Source: Gekko japonicus (lineage: Eukaryota). From it: a stretch of DNA of 54,798 nucleotides. A program made the translations under genes and the position numbers. The DNA lies in NCBI RefSeq assembly GCF_001447785.1, contig NW_015167529.1:702413-757210 (forward strand), given 5' to 3'. Below are positions 1 through 12,293 of this stretch, one piece after another (position 1 is the first letter of the stretch; the number at the start of each line of letters is the position of its first letter). The notes below the pieces were generated by a model, which was not told where the DNA came from, did no database searches, and saw only the letters and a list, made by a program, of their open reading frames with translations.

Positions 1-171
1 GTGGTACCTACTTATCTACTTGCAATTTCTTGCTTTCGAACTGCTAGGTTGGCAGGAGCTGGAACTAGAGATGGGAGCTCACTCCATCATGCGGCACCCG
101 GGTCTCGAACTGCTGAACTACTGACCTTCCACAGCCTGCAGTTCAGCGTCTTAACAACTTGAGCCACTGCA
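1..171 (-). mobile_element. Sauria SINE, 5' part (3' part runs off the left edge of the window)
   Basis: Near-identical reverse complement of 1384-1560, including the tRNA-like head GGTGGCTCAAGT.GTTAAG and the CCAACCTAGCAGTTCGAAAGCA core typical of Sauria SINEs. Confidence 0.85.
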
Positions 172-929
172 GGTTTAGTTGCCTGGCTGTTAAAACATGC
201 TTCCACAGAAGTTCGTGGGAGATGGGCATTCTTACAGTTTTATGGGTTACAGTTCAACAGCAGTATGCTCCATTTCCCCACCTTGTTCCAGCTGCATATT
301 TTGATCATGCTCTCCCCCGGCACAGGACCTCTCTGCCTCAAGACAGAAGGCAGCAAGGGAAGTAAAGGGTTTCAGCTTCCCACTGCAGAAGTCTGGTCTG
401 AGCCAGCCAGCGGCATTGTGAAACTTTTCTTCCAAAATGTAGCAGGCTTCTACCGTGGGAAGCCTGTATGCCCTGTAATTACTTCTCAGTCTGGCTTCAC
501 GTAGTGGTTAGAGTGTCAGACTTTACTCAAAGCTCACACGGTGAACTTGGGACCATCACAATCTCTTAAACTAACAAGGTTGTTAATGTAAGGAATAAGT
601 GCAGAAAGGGACTCAGAACGTGAAAGGTTTTTCGAGGTACCCGATCAAAGAGAAAAGTGGCACATAAAAAATTATATCTCTCTTCTCAGCCTGAGGAACA
701 GCAGCTCAGGTGAGAGAATAAGACGGGGGGGGGGCAAGCTGGCAAAATCAACTCCTCCCCAGGTATGGAGCTCATGGTGGATGACAGTTTTCCCATCTTC
801 AGTTCTCTCCGGTTACAGCTGTTTCAAGGTGGAAGCCAACAGCCAACCACAAGTTGCATGGGGCAATGGCCTTACCTGCCTTCCTGGAACATGGGGCAAG
901 TGCCACATTGGGGAATCATGCTATGGTTG

Positions 930-1362
930 TCAGCCTCCGGTGGGGCCTGGAGATCTTCTGGAACTACAACTGATTTCCTGGCTAGAGAGATCAGTTCCCA
1001 TGGATAAAATAGCTGCTTTGGAGGGGGAACTCTATGGCATTATACCTAGGGTTGCCAGGCTCCAAGTAGTGGCTAGAGATCTCCCACAGTTACAACTGAT
1101 CTCCAGGTGACAGAGGTCAGTTCACTTGCAGAAAATGGTTGCTTTGGAAGGTAGGCTCTATAGCATTGTACCCCACTGAAATCTCTCACCTCTCCAAACC
1201 TCAAACCCCGCCCTCCTCAGACTCCACTCCCCAAATCTCCAAGTATTTCCCAACCTAGAACTGGCAACCCTAATTACACCCCACTGAGGACCTCCCCCAA
1301 ACCCTGTCCCTCCCCAGACTCTACCCCCAAGTCTCCAGGAATTTCCCAAATTGGCAACCCTT
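930..1362. mobile_element. Cluster of nested or partial TAGGGTTGCC-ended hAT-type MITEs
   Basis: TAGGGTTGCCAGG at 1047, CTGGCAACCCTA at 1261-1272 and TTGGCAACCCT at 1351. The segment GGAGATCT..ACAACTGAT..AGAGATCAGTTC..GAAAATGG.TGCTTTGGA is repeated at ~950 and ~1075. Confidence 0.7.
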
Positions 1363-1380
1363 AAATACTCAGATAAATAA

Positions 1381-1733
1381 GGGAGCTGCGGTGGCTCAAG
1401 TGGTTAAGACACTGAACTGCAGGCTGTGGAAGGTCAGTAGTTCAGCAGTTCGAGACCCGAGTTGCCGCATGACGGAGTGAGCTCCCGTCTCTAGTTCCAG
1501 CTCCTGCCAACCTAGCAGTTCGAAAGCAAGAAATTGCAAGTAGATAAGTAGGTACCACTTCGGTGGGAAGATAACAGCATTCCGTGCGCCTTGGTGTTTA
1601 GTCATGCTGGCCACATGACCACAGAAACGTCTTCGGACAGCGCTGGCTCTTCGGCTTTGAAACGGAGATGAGCACCGCAACCCTAGAGTCGGACTCGACT
1701 GGCTTTCGGGCAAGGGAACCTTCACCTTTAACT
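1381..1733 (+). mobile_element. Full-length Sauria SINE with 13-bp TSD
   Basis: tRNA-derived head with A/B-box-like motifs, BovB-like 3' segment AGAGTCGGACTCGACTG and an ACCTTT-type tail. TSD TTAAATACTCAGA at 1361-1373 and 1734-1746. Confidence 0.9.
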
Positions 1734-2199
1734 TTAAATACTCAGAAGAGCCACACTACCCTATAATGCACGCACGTGGTACAACTGACAGGGGCAGGTA
1801 GCAGATAAACAGCAATGCAGCAGGGGCATTCCCTGTCAACCCCCTTATCGCCTCCTCTTTTTAAACACAGGAAAGGAAAAGTACACATACTGAAACTTCT
1901 CATAAATGCACAGGCATGAAGAAGGTAAGGATGCTGTTCATAACCAGTGATGTCAAGTTTATGTTAGTGTTGAATATTTAGCATTAGAATATTTAGATCT
2001 ATAAAAAAATATAAAGTAACATTATGTAAAGGTTTAACATTGGATTAAATTTTGCATACTCCTTAAATGTTTATTTTCCCACATAATGAAGCAAATTATT
2101 TAAGGGACTGTTCATCAAAGTGGGTGTTCAGTTTACAAATCAATGGCAAGCGTGATCCTGTTTTCACAGCAGGGGTGACTTGTCCCTGTCCCTGTGTGG

Positions 2200-2298
2200 A
2201 AGCAGTCAGAGAGAGGTCTTTCCCCCTCTGTACTCTCTGAGATCCTTTTAACTGGAGAGGCCCAGGATTAAGACTGGGACCTCCTGCGCACAAAACAG
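2200..2298 (-). mobile_element. Degenerate tRNA-derived squamate SINE fragment
   Basis: GAGATCCTTTTAACTGGAG..GGATT..GGGACCT motif resembling the antisense 5' end of lizard tRNA-SINEs. Confidence 0.5.
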
Positions 2299-4566
2299 TT
2301 TCAGAACTGTGGCTCTCCTCTTCAGTACTACCGTTCTTAAATGATAATATAAAATGTAGCCACTTAAAATGTGAGATCCAGAGTGGCATCAATAAACAAG
2401 TCAGAAAAAGGGAAAACCTCTTCCCCTCACTAAGATTTTTATGCCACAAAACCTGAATTTAGCAGTCAGTCCAATGTAATTAGAGACATCTTTTAAAAGT
2501 TGTAAAGATAAACTGACGGGGACGTGGTATGTATGAAATGACAACTGGGAATGATTTTTTCATATACTGCATGATTTGAACCTATTCTAAACATTTCCAT
2601 TGGTGTATCTCTCTCAGTTGTGAGGGGCAGGGCCTGAGGACATTGCTTATGTGCAACAGTATAGGTCCACAGTATGTTGGCTTTAGGCTTGGATCATTGT
2701 GTTTTCCCAGCAAAACAAATGTATTTCCCCACCTTGCAGTGAAATATTAAAGCATTTCTGTGGAAATGACAGGAGCGTCTTTCCAGACAGGGCTGCTCTG
2801 AAACAGCTAGTCATATCCTATTCACAGATCAAATACCAAGGACTGTGTGTGCTCCTTAAAAGCTCTGTAAAATAATCCGAAATATCTCAATTTGACTAGT
2901 TGTCATAAATTGTAAACTCAGTGAGTTATTTCTGCTTTAGTGAACGAGCAGTTTATGCCCTCTGGCTGATCATTATGCTTACCTAATTCCTTCTTGAACA
3001 CATTTCAGTTTGTGTCTCTGAGTTGCACACTCTGATGTATTAGTTTATTAGTGGAAAGGCTAACCTTAAATGACTAGGGCTATAATCCTCAACTGTTCAA
3101 TAGGATTTAAGCAAACTGTGCAGTGGGATGTATTTGTAAGCAACCCTTTCTGTACATACAGTTGAAATGAGATGGGTTGCATTCCATCTCATAATTCTGT
3201 ACAAAAACAACAAAATTTCAAGGACGGTGAGAACATTGACACAAGCATGATCACCAGAAGAATCTGCCTTGATTAAACTCCTTTACAAAGCAAGCTCCTG
3301 ACTGTATCATCTTGATATTTTCTATTAAGATTTGTCTTGAGCACTGTGCCAAGCATTTTTGCACTTGCACTACACTGTACCACTTATACTATGGAGTCAG
3401 GTTGTGCCTTTGTACTAATAAGTAACAAATAAATTGCAGCTCCTGGCCATAACTGCATTTGCACAGTTTGCAAACGAAATCTTTCATTTACCAGAGAATA
3501 GGCACATATTTTCTCAGGTCATAGCTGGGTCATTAAAGTGATTACTCATCAAGCACAGAGTCACAATTTGACCCATTTTTGCTCCTGCACAATCACATGC
3601 ATTCTCTAAGTAAACCTGCAAGGAATGCATTGTTAACGTTTTTGCTCTTGTGCAGTCAGTGGCTCTATTGTGAGATGATCACATGAACTGATTACAAGAT
3701 TAGATAGGTTCATTGAGTCCTGTCCTCCCCCCCCTTAACTATATGCCTTTTAACAATTGAAGGTAGTAGGAGATTAGTGGTGGTCAGGCAGCAGCTGTGA
3801 GAAAGTTCAAACTGTGCAAATGGACACATCCACATTTGGACACATCCAAACACCTTGGCAAATAATTGGCTCTCTGATCACAATCAGGAAGTTATCAAGA
3901 ACAGTAACATCACAAAAGTTTTATTGCTTTCACAGACATCAGTATCTGAAGTTCTCATTTATTGCATATTTTAAAAAAAATATTCAGCAGACCAACAACA
4001 ACATCTGCATCACCACAGTGGAAACCCATTATTACATGCCCCACCACATCATGAATATCAGATTTCTTACTATCACTTCCCCCCCGATAGAGGCTATTTT
4101 TACAAGAACATATAAAGAAATAAATAGTTGTTAATGGTCATTGACAGCAAAGTAAACATTCATTCACATGTTGGATACTGAATTTTTCTTCTAACCTTCT
4201 AAAAGTGTGGCACACTTTTAAAGCCATCCTCAAGGCTCCATCTTCAATATGCAAGTCACAGAATCAGAGGGAGCCAGTCTGTGGTGTATGGGTGCAAAGG
4301 ACAAATCCTAGACACACATTCAAGTCCTTGCTTAAGTTGGAAATCGTTGGCCTATTTCATTCAGCAGTTCTCAACGGAAACTTCTTTATATGTTCTTGTA
4401 TGTATGGCTCTATTACTTACTACAAAATTTTATCACATGAACACGAAACATGGCTATTTTCCTGGAGATAGTTGGGTTCTCATCTATTAAAAGTTTCTCC
4501 AGGCAGGCCTTCTCCACAAAAACTGTTGGTCAATGTAAGAGGGGAGGAATAATCTTGTCCCATAGG

Positions 4567-4764
4567 CAGGGGTCATTTCATAGAAAAAGAGCTGCAGGAG
4601 CTCATTAGAATAACTTATTAGCATATGCCACACCCCCTGACATCACTGGAAGTGTGCACCAGCCCCTCTGACAGGCAGAAGCACCTGGGATCCATTCTTT
4701 CCCCCCTCTCCCTTCCCTTCACCTCCAAGTCGGGCGAAGGAAAAGGGGAGGGGGAGGATCTCAG
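4567..4764 (+). mobile_element. Left end of a CAGGGGTC-family hAT non-autonomous element, truncated by the gap
   Basis: Shares the CAGGGGTC..TAGAAAAAGAG..GAGCTCATTAG..CATATGCCAC.CCCCTGACATCAC.GGAAGTG end with the copies at 20549, 34715 and 39158. Confidence 0.75.
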
Positions 4765-5626
4765 NNNNNNNNNNNNNNNNNNNNNNNNNNNNNNNNNNNN
4801 NNNNNNNNNNNNNNNNNNNNNNNNNNNNNNNNNNNNNNNNNNNNNNNNNNNNNNNNNNNNNNNNNNNNNNNNNNNNNNNNNNNNNNNNNNNNNNNNNNNN
4901 NNNNNNNNNNNNNNNNNNNNNNNNNNNNNNNNNNNNNNNNNNNNNNNNNNNNNNNNNNNNNNNNNNNNNNNNNNNNNNNNNNNNNNNNNNNNNNNNNNNN
5001 NNNNNNNNNNNNNNNNNNNNNNNNNNNNNNNNNNNNNNNNNNNNNNNNNNNNNNNNNNNNNNNNNNNNNNNNNNNNNNNNNNNNNNNNNNNNNNNNNNNN
5101 NNNNNNNNNNNNNNNNNNNNNNNNNNNNNNNNNNNNNNNNNNNNNNNNNNNNNNNNNNNNNNNNNNNNNNNNNNNNNNNNNNNNNNNNNNNNNNNNNNNN
5201 NNNNNNNNNNNNNNNNNNNNNNNNNNNNNNNNNNNNNNNNNNNNNNNNNNNNNNNNNNNNNNNNNNNNNNNNNNNNNNNNNNNNNNNNNNNNNNNNNNNN
5301 NNNNNNNNNNNNNNNNNNNNNNNNNNNNNNNNNNNNNNNNNNNNNNNNNNNNNNNNNNNNNNNNNNNNNNNNNNNNNNNNNNNNNNNNNNNNNNNNNNNN
5401 NNNNNNNNNNNNNNNNNNNNNNNNNNNNNNNNNNNNNNNNNNNNNNNNNNNNNNNNNNNNNNNNNNNNNNNNNNNNNNNNNNNNNNNNNNNNNNNNNNNN
5501 NNNNNNNNNNNNNNNNNNNNNNNNNNNNNNNNNNNNNNNNNNNNNNNNNNNNNNNNNNNNNNNNNNNNNNNNNNNNNNNNNNNNNNNNNNNNNNNNNNNN
5601 NNNNNNNNNNNNNNNNNNNNNNNNNN
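4765..5626. other. Assembly gap (N run)
   Basis: Run of N. Confidence 1.
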
Positions 5627-5969
5627 GCTGAACCGAATGCACCCCCGAAAATGGCCCATTCGGATCCTTCAGGCTGCTGCGGACCGAATCAGATGCTCTG
5701 ATCTGAATTGGCTTCCTGCAGTTCGGCCCCATTATATCCTATGGGCCATTGAAGTCAATGGTGAAAACATAGGGTATATTCTGGGGGCTGGAGGAGAGGG
5801 GGTTTGAGGGAGAGGCTCCAAAATCGCAGGGCAGCTGCTGGAGCCTCTCCCCAAGATACCCACCATGTTTCAGGAACATTGAACGAGGGGGTCCAATTCT
5901 ACGAGCCCCCAAACAGGTTGCCCCCATCCCCTCCATTGTTCTCTATGGTGGGAAAAAAATTCTTTTTTC

Positions 5970-6720
5970 CGTGATGACATCACACGCGAGAGGTGGAATC
6001 TGCCCCTACGAGTCCAAGGCCACCACCCCGGGGCTCAGGGAGGCAAGGGAACATTTCGCCCCGCCCCTCCCCCCACGCAGGCGTCGCAGCTGCTGCTGAG
6101 AACAGCAGCAGCAGCCATAACTTTTAAAAGAGCCCCTCCCAAGAGTTGGGGGAGCCAGAATGACCTCTCGCATGTGATGTCTGAACAGTCTTGCCATAAA
6201 GAGGTGGAATTTGCCCCTACACACGAGAGGTGGAATTTGCCCCTAGGAGTCCAAGGCCACCACCCCAGGGCTCAGGGAGGCAAGGAAACCTTTCGCCCCG
6301 CCCCTCCCCCTACGCGGGCAGTGCTGCTGCCCTCGAGAACAGCTGCGGCGGTCATAACTTTTTAAAGAGCCCCTCCCGAGAGCTGGGGGAGCCAGAATGA
6401 CCTCTGCATGTGATGTCCAAGCAGCAACGCCGTTCGGACATCACATGCGAGAGGTGGAATTTGCTCCTACGAGTCCAAGGCCACCACCCCAGGGCTCAGG
6501 GAGGCAAGGGAGCGTTTCACCCTGTCCCTCCCCCCACACAGGCGGCCATAACTTTTTAAAGAGCCCCTCCTGAGAGCTGGGGGAGCCAGAATGACCTCTG
6601 CTTTTGACATCACGCTGCTGGGACATCACAGGCAAGAGGTGGAATTTGCCCCTACGAGTCCAAGTCCACCACCATGGGGCTCAGGGAGGTGGGGGAATGT
6701 TTCGCCCCCCCCCCCCCAAG
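5970..6720. repeat. GC-rich tandem array, about 3.5 units of ~190-235 bp
   Basis: GAGGTGGAAT.TGC.CCTA.GAGTCCAAG.CCACCACC..GGGCTCAGGGAGG recurs at ~5990, ~6225, ~6451 and ~6636. Confidence 0.85.
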
Positions 6721-7354
6721 CTTCATGGTAGCGATAAAGTTTGGTGGTTTCATTAAACCTTGTGGGTGCTCTGTCTCTAATCCTTTAGCCAGCGTGTAAA
6801 TGATGTGTTGTAATTACGTCGACCTTAAACATCCCATAGGCTTTTTCCTTCCCCTTTCAGATGATGTTAAAGAAACCAGAATATTGTAGGAACAGACTAT
6901 ATGGGACGGCATCTGCCACTCTCTTCGTCCCACGTGCATCCCCCCCCCTCTTTTAATGTCCGGGTCTGGGCAGACACTCAGCAGACTTCCCCAGCTCGGA
7001 CATGTTAACGAGGCTGGCTGGGTTTGTGTTAATCCCACGCACTCCTTCCCAACGAGCTTGCAGTTGCCGTGGCTTCAGGGTCGTGTCCTTTCCAGCCCCT
7101 TACGGAAACAAACCACCAAGGCGGGGCCGGGAGGGAGTCGCGCTGCTTCCCTTCCCCCTCCGGGGACGGTCGTGACTCCTAAGCGTCTTCGGCTCACCTC
7201 CGCCCTCGTCCATCCCTACCCATCCGCCGGGCTCGGAGCCCTTCGCCCCTCTCCCGTCTCGCTTGCCTGTGGCAGAAGCCGCCGTCCTGCCGGCTCACCT
7301 GGGCCTCCCCAGTCCTGCGCCGGAGGAGGAGAGAAGGAAGGGCTCGGTGGAGCG

Positions 7355-7453
7355 CGGGCGTGGGAGTTGAATCACAGCCAGTGACTCAACCCTCTCGCCA
7401 GCCCCTGTCTGCCCGCTCGCGGTGGACTTTCCTGGGGGCTGGCGCTTATAAAA
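7355..7453 (+). promoter_or_regulatory. F3: F3 proximal promoter: GC/Egr-like box, two AP-1 sites, NF-kB site, TATA box
   Basis: GGGCGTGGGAG ~7356-7366; TGAATCA 7368-7374; TGACTCA 7382-7388; TGGACTTTCC 7423-7432; TATAAAA 7447-7453. The AP-1/AP-1/kB order matches the mammalian F3 LPS-response element. Confidence 0.8.
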
Positions 7454-7575
7454 CCGACGCATCCCCGTTTCCTTCACAGAGTTCCCTCGACAAGGCTTTA
7501 CACTTTTGTCTACCTGAGCACCCCCAGCACCAGCTTTCCGCCCTCTCTACTACCTCCTTTCCAGCACTAGGTGGG

Positions 7576-7654
7576 ATGGCGGCGGCGGCGGCAGCCTCCG
7601 GTAGCCCAGCGCTGCTCCTGTGCGCCCTGCTTTTCCAGCTACGACCCAGCTCAG
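7576..7654 (+). CDS. F3: Tissue factor coding exon 1 (signal peptide MAAAAAASGSPALLLCALLFQLRPSS)
   Basis: Strong Kozak context GGGATGG, hydrophobic signal peptide, phase-1 donor CAG|GTGAGT. Confidence 0.9.
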
Positions 7655-10258
7655 GTGAGTGTGGCCGGCGCGAGCTACCTGCCTTTGGAACGAGCTACCT
7701 GCGCCGCCTCATTAGTTTGCCTTGGAAGAACTGCGCTCTGGAGGCGAAATGAAATGCTAGTGTTCAAGGTTCCCGCTTACATTGGATGGGGCAGTATTTC
7801 CCGCGCGGTCTGCCCCCTGGCCAAAATGGGACGACGAGGCTTTTCCACCTAGGATTTACTCCAGCCGAATTTGAAGTGCTTTCCTTTCCTTTCCAGTACA
7901 TCACCCTGTGTAGGCTGTAAGGTTTTTTTCCTGCAAAGAGAGTATTCTGAACACACTTATTCGGAAATAAGACCCAGATTTTCCTCTGAGGAGAGACGCG
8001 TTCTGCTTACTTTCTACGAAGGCGCCTCTTTCCAAATAGGGCTGTGTGGGTTTGTGTGCATGAACGCCGGAACTACCATAAAAAGAAACTATTGCAAATA
8101 CAAGAGTGTGTCAGAGAGCGAGGCGGCTCTCGCAGTATCAACGCCTTCCAGCTAGAATTCATTCAGGACCATAATGATGGCTTAGGGTACAAGAACTAAA
8201 CTTCTAAAGAATCCACATTTAAGGGACTACTCTGCACATAAATACGTTTGCAGCATACAGCCTGGAACGCACTTGGGAAAGGGGCTGGCTGGCTGGCCAT
8301 GACTTCTTGGTGTTATGTATGCGGATGTGTCTCAAAACTTGGTTAGTTTTTCCCCTAATTAGTTTATTTCCTGAAGTACCCAGAACATGGATTCTTTGGA
8401 GGTTTTTGTGGCTCATGGGATCATCTTTATGTAGCCCTGAACTTGATTTGCTTGGATATCTTAAGTGTTCTGGTCTGTAAAAAACACACCCAACACCATT
8501 TATTTGGCCAGAACAAGCACTGAAATGAATTCCTTGAAAGCCCTGTGACCCATGGCTACATTTCCATTTATTAATTTGAAATGTGCATTTGACTGGTTAG
8601 AATGTCTTGATGGTGGGCATTCTGACCTGTTCTTCTCTGAAGTTATTTATTGCCTATAATAAGGATCAGAATATACATTACCATGAAATGCCATGGTTAT
8701 TGTACTATTACATTTATGATGAGTTGATTGGTTTGGACTTCTCAGAAGTGGATATCTGGGGGGGGGGGTTAAATTTGTTAAATGGGTTTTGGTCTTGAAC
8801 AGTTAACAAAACGTTAACAGTACAAGAGTCTCCTGTTATGAGAGTTCTCATGTGTCTGCCGCATTCCACTGGTTTGGAACTGTTATAATTACCTGATACC
8901 CATTCTGTTCCTGTAACCATTCCATCTGCTCTCTAAAGCTAACTTGGTGCATTGTGATTTCAGTTGGTCCTAATGAAAGTGTTAGGATACTGGGTTTTGC
9001 CTTTTTGTGATAAAATTTTATTATATTTTTCATCCCAGGGCAACTGTTAGGTTGTTAGGTAGGGCTACGTGTACCTTAAAAATCCAATTATAATGCTTAA
9101 GCCACTTTTTATCCCTTAAGACTTCCTCCTTAGTTTTTCTAGCATTTTTCCTATGCCTTTATTTTAGTTTATGATAAGCGTTGGCAAATGTATTCTAAAA
9201 CAAATGATTAAAATTATATTTTAAGCAGTGTATCCTACATGTAAACCGGTATTATAAGAAATTAAGTCAGAATGTCACCTGCTTTGTTGAGGATATTGTG
9301 TGTAACTAACAATGTAAGTTTTTTTTAAATAAAGTTATGGCTAGGATGGAATATAGTTTTGTTATAAGAAATTCTCATAATATACATTTTTTCTGAAATA
9401 GTATCTATGAATTAACATTGAGAGAAAGATTGAAAGGAGGATTACAATTAACTGATACCTTTAAAAAGAATGTATATACTTTTCCGTATATAATTACTTA
9501 AAAAAAAACAACCTTCTTAGATCAAGACTGATGAAATGACTGTATATACACAGTGAAATAAATGCAGTTGCAGATTTAAGCGCTTCATAATTAGCTAATT
9601 TTTTCCCCCCACCACCACATAGCAATTGAAATTTGGCTGCTATTAAAGAATGAGCAAAATCTCACTCATTGTTTCCACTTGTTGCCTTGGGAAGCCAATT
9701 ATTAGTTGCTTTGGTTGTGGTAGGATAAAAGGTTTAAGACCTGACTTGAAGGAAATGACACATGATTCCCAGAACAAGGCAATGTTGCATACCTGTGTTT
9801 GTGAAGAGAATACAAATGCAATGCATGAAAAAGAAATCCAACTTGAATTGGAGCAGAAGAAAGCAAGTGCTCTATGAATATTCAGTGTTCAGAAAGGATT
9901 TGCCATGACAGTGGCTATGAGAGCAATTGGGTACATTTCTCTCAAACATAATCTTGTGGATATATTTGGGGTGTATCTGCACTTAAAAACACAAACTCAC
10001 TAAAACAATCATTACATTTTCTTTAGCAATCTGAGAACTGTAGTCTTGTGTGAGGGATCTCTAACAGAATTTCTCAGTACTAGGCTACAATTTCAAAGGT
10101 TCTTTGGGAGAAGCCTTGAAAATTAAATGGACATGAAACTGATATGTCTGTTATTCAGGTGCACCTTGTCATTTGTGGTACACTCAAAATATTGTAATAC
10201 GTAGGAATAGCTGTGTATCACTGGACTAAAACTGGTTCTTTCAATTCTGTGTTTAAAG

Positions 10259-10373
10259 GCAACTCCAGCATACAGACAGCAGTTAATATTACTTGGTCAT
10301 CCATCAATTTTAAGACGATACTAGAATGGGAGCCCAAGCCAGCCAATTATGTTTACACTGTTGAAATAGCTGG
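10259..10373 (+). CDS. F3: Tissue factor exon 2 ([37 protein letters not shown])
   Basis: Hallmark [12 protein letters not shown] motif; AG acceptor and GTAAGT donor; phases consistent with neighbours. Confidence 0.97.
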
Positions 10374-12105
10374 GTAAGTTGCATTTGGGGATGTATGTTT
10401 TCTGTTTTTTCTTTTCTTCACTGACTTAAAATCTTATTTAATGGTTGAAAAACAAATAGCACAACCCTAAGTAGAGCTATAATCTTCTAAGGCTGAGAAT
10501 GATGTTCTGTTTAGGATTGCACTGTAAAAGAATGTAGGAAATAAAAATGCCACCACAAGTTTCATTAGGACTGACTTCTATATGAGTAGCAGTTTGATGG
10601 ACAGCTTTGGAGTAAATTTTATTGAAATGTTCAGATGATAATGTTGGGATTTTAGGTTAATTTGAATTGGACTGAACTGTTAATGTCAAGGCAAAACAAA
10701 CAAACAAACCAAAAATCTCACTCAAATGCAAAATGTGTGGAGAAGTTATTTGATTTGAGCTGTTCCTTTGTGCTTCAGAAAGAAATTGTCTAGAAAGAGC
10801 TATCCTCTCTATGTAAAAAAATCTTTCTGATTTCCATGACCTGTCCACCTGTCTTCAATTTCAATTCAAATAGGATTTGACCCTAAATTAAGTGATGTTA
10901 TACCTTGCATGAGGATGCAAATCCACAATTTCACGATACATTGGCTTTGTACTGGTGCATATCTTCTTTATTTGAGCATATTAGGCTGCTCGCCCCCTCC
11001 CATCCACACACAAGGGACACACAGTAGCTTATGAAAAGGGGAGGGGGGGAGATTCCAAATTACAAAACAGACAAATGAATCTGGGCTGGTCCAGGTATGG
11101 CGAGCTACGGTCCCAATCTGTGAGCCCTGGGCTGAAAGTCAATGGTGGGGTAGGGAGTGGCTTGTGCCTGTGGCCCCACCCACATTAAATACCTGCAAAA
11201 AGAAGAGGGAGGAAACCCCCAGACTAGATGGTTCTCAGCTGCTGCAGTGAGGTCTCAGTCAGCTTCCTCCTTGAACAGGAATGCCTACATCCGGACCATC
11301 TGATATGCACTGTAATACATATGAAATTGCCGCTAAAGTGACGTTGACTTTGGACTCTATAGAGGTTTCAAGAGTCCTGCTTTTATAATGCCTCCAGGCC
11401 ACAGTCGAACTAGGCAGGTGATGAAGCCCGACAGACCTAAAATACTATTTTTACTTTTGTTTTTAAAAAGGTAGAAGCTAAATGACTTACTACCAGATAT
11501 ATGTAAGGAATGTCCACCACCTGTTTATAGGGTTTATTTTTGATCTTATCCAGAATATGATGTATGATTAGATATTACAGTTCATCAAGCATTGCCACTA
11601 TGCATTGTCTGTTTACTTTGCTGAAACATTGCTCAGTGAAATGGAAGGAGGTTACACGTGATAAGTATTTGGTAAATTGCACCTTTTATATTTAATAGGA
11701 TTATTCTTTGCGCTGGTTAGTTGCTAGTTTCATATCTGGAGTTCTTCCTAGACTTATTCTGTCCTAGAACAGACCATAATCTTGGTAACATATTGGAGAA
11801 GATGGGGAGAGAAGGAACTTGAAATATTTTTCATTATTCAGCAATTATAAAAAGGTGGGCAACCCCCAAAGCCTACTGATGCGAAGTTATTGAAAATGTT
11901 ATAAATTCACAGCCAGACATCATTGCAGATCTTTGTTAATGGCACCTTACAAATGATGATCTGATTTATGATGATACAAAAGTGGTTTAAATAGAAGCTA
12001 TGGCAAAAAAATTAGGCACCCACAGTTCACTGAACATGGCTCACACCTGCTTATTTTCTACAAATGTTACAGTTGTTGTCTGAATCACACATTTCCATTT
12101 TACAG

Positions 12106-12293
12106 AGGTCTATCAGATTGGAAGAAAACATGTGTTTATTCTGCACAGACAGAATGTGATGTTACTTACCTGCTAGAAAATGCAAGAGATATATACACTG
12201 CCCATATACTGTCTGAAGTGCCACTAAGAGACAATAGTGATTTCGATGACGCTCCATATGCAGTCTCTCCAACATTCATACCATACGTCCAAA
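12106..12293 (+). CDS. F3: Tissue factor exon 3 (GLSDWKKTCVYSAQTECDVT...PYAVSPTFIPYVQ)
   Basis: WK..C......TECD first disulfide motif; TACAG acceptor and GTAAGT donor; in frame. Confidence 0.96.

Larger units (their letters stand above)
7080..7830. promoter_or_regulatory. CpG island spanning the F3 promoter and exon 1
   Basis: High GC content and dense CpG compared with the AT-rich, CpG-poor flanks. Confidence 0.85.

Noticed and set aside
1381-1460. tRNA-like sequence
   Set aside because: It is the tRNA-derived head of a SINE, not a full cloverleaf tRNA gene
2298-2325. Minus-strand CTGAAGA..stem..GAAAC resembling a hammerhead ribozyme core
   Set aside because: Stems I and III cannot be formed around a valid NUH site; it abuts a SINE fragment and is probably chance
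3900-4540. Possible terminal exon and polyA signals of a minus-strand gene upstream of F3
   Set aside because: Only short frames with no recognisable homology; TTTATT is common in AT-rich DNA
4625-5732. Long ORFs of 323-358 aa in the ORF track
   Set aside because: They are artefacts of translating through the N gap
5970-6720. Regularly recurring motifs superficially like a CRISPR array
   Set aside because: Vertebrate DNA; the intervening sequences are homologous to each other rather than unique spacers, and there are no cas genes
4559-6840. CCCATAGG at 4559-4566 and 6833-6840 as a possible TSD for a 2.3-kb hAT element
   Set aside because: No right TIR precedes the second copy; the true end is probably inside the gap
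6956-7852. ORFs of 93-142 aa over the F3 promoter
   Set aside because: CpG-island open frames; only 7576-7654 is supported as coding, by the signal peptide and splice phase
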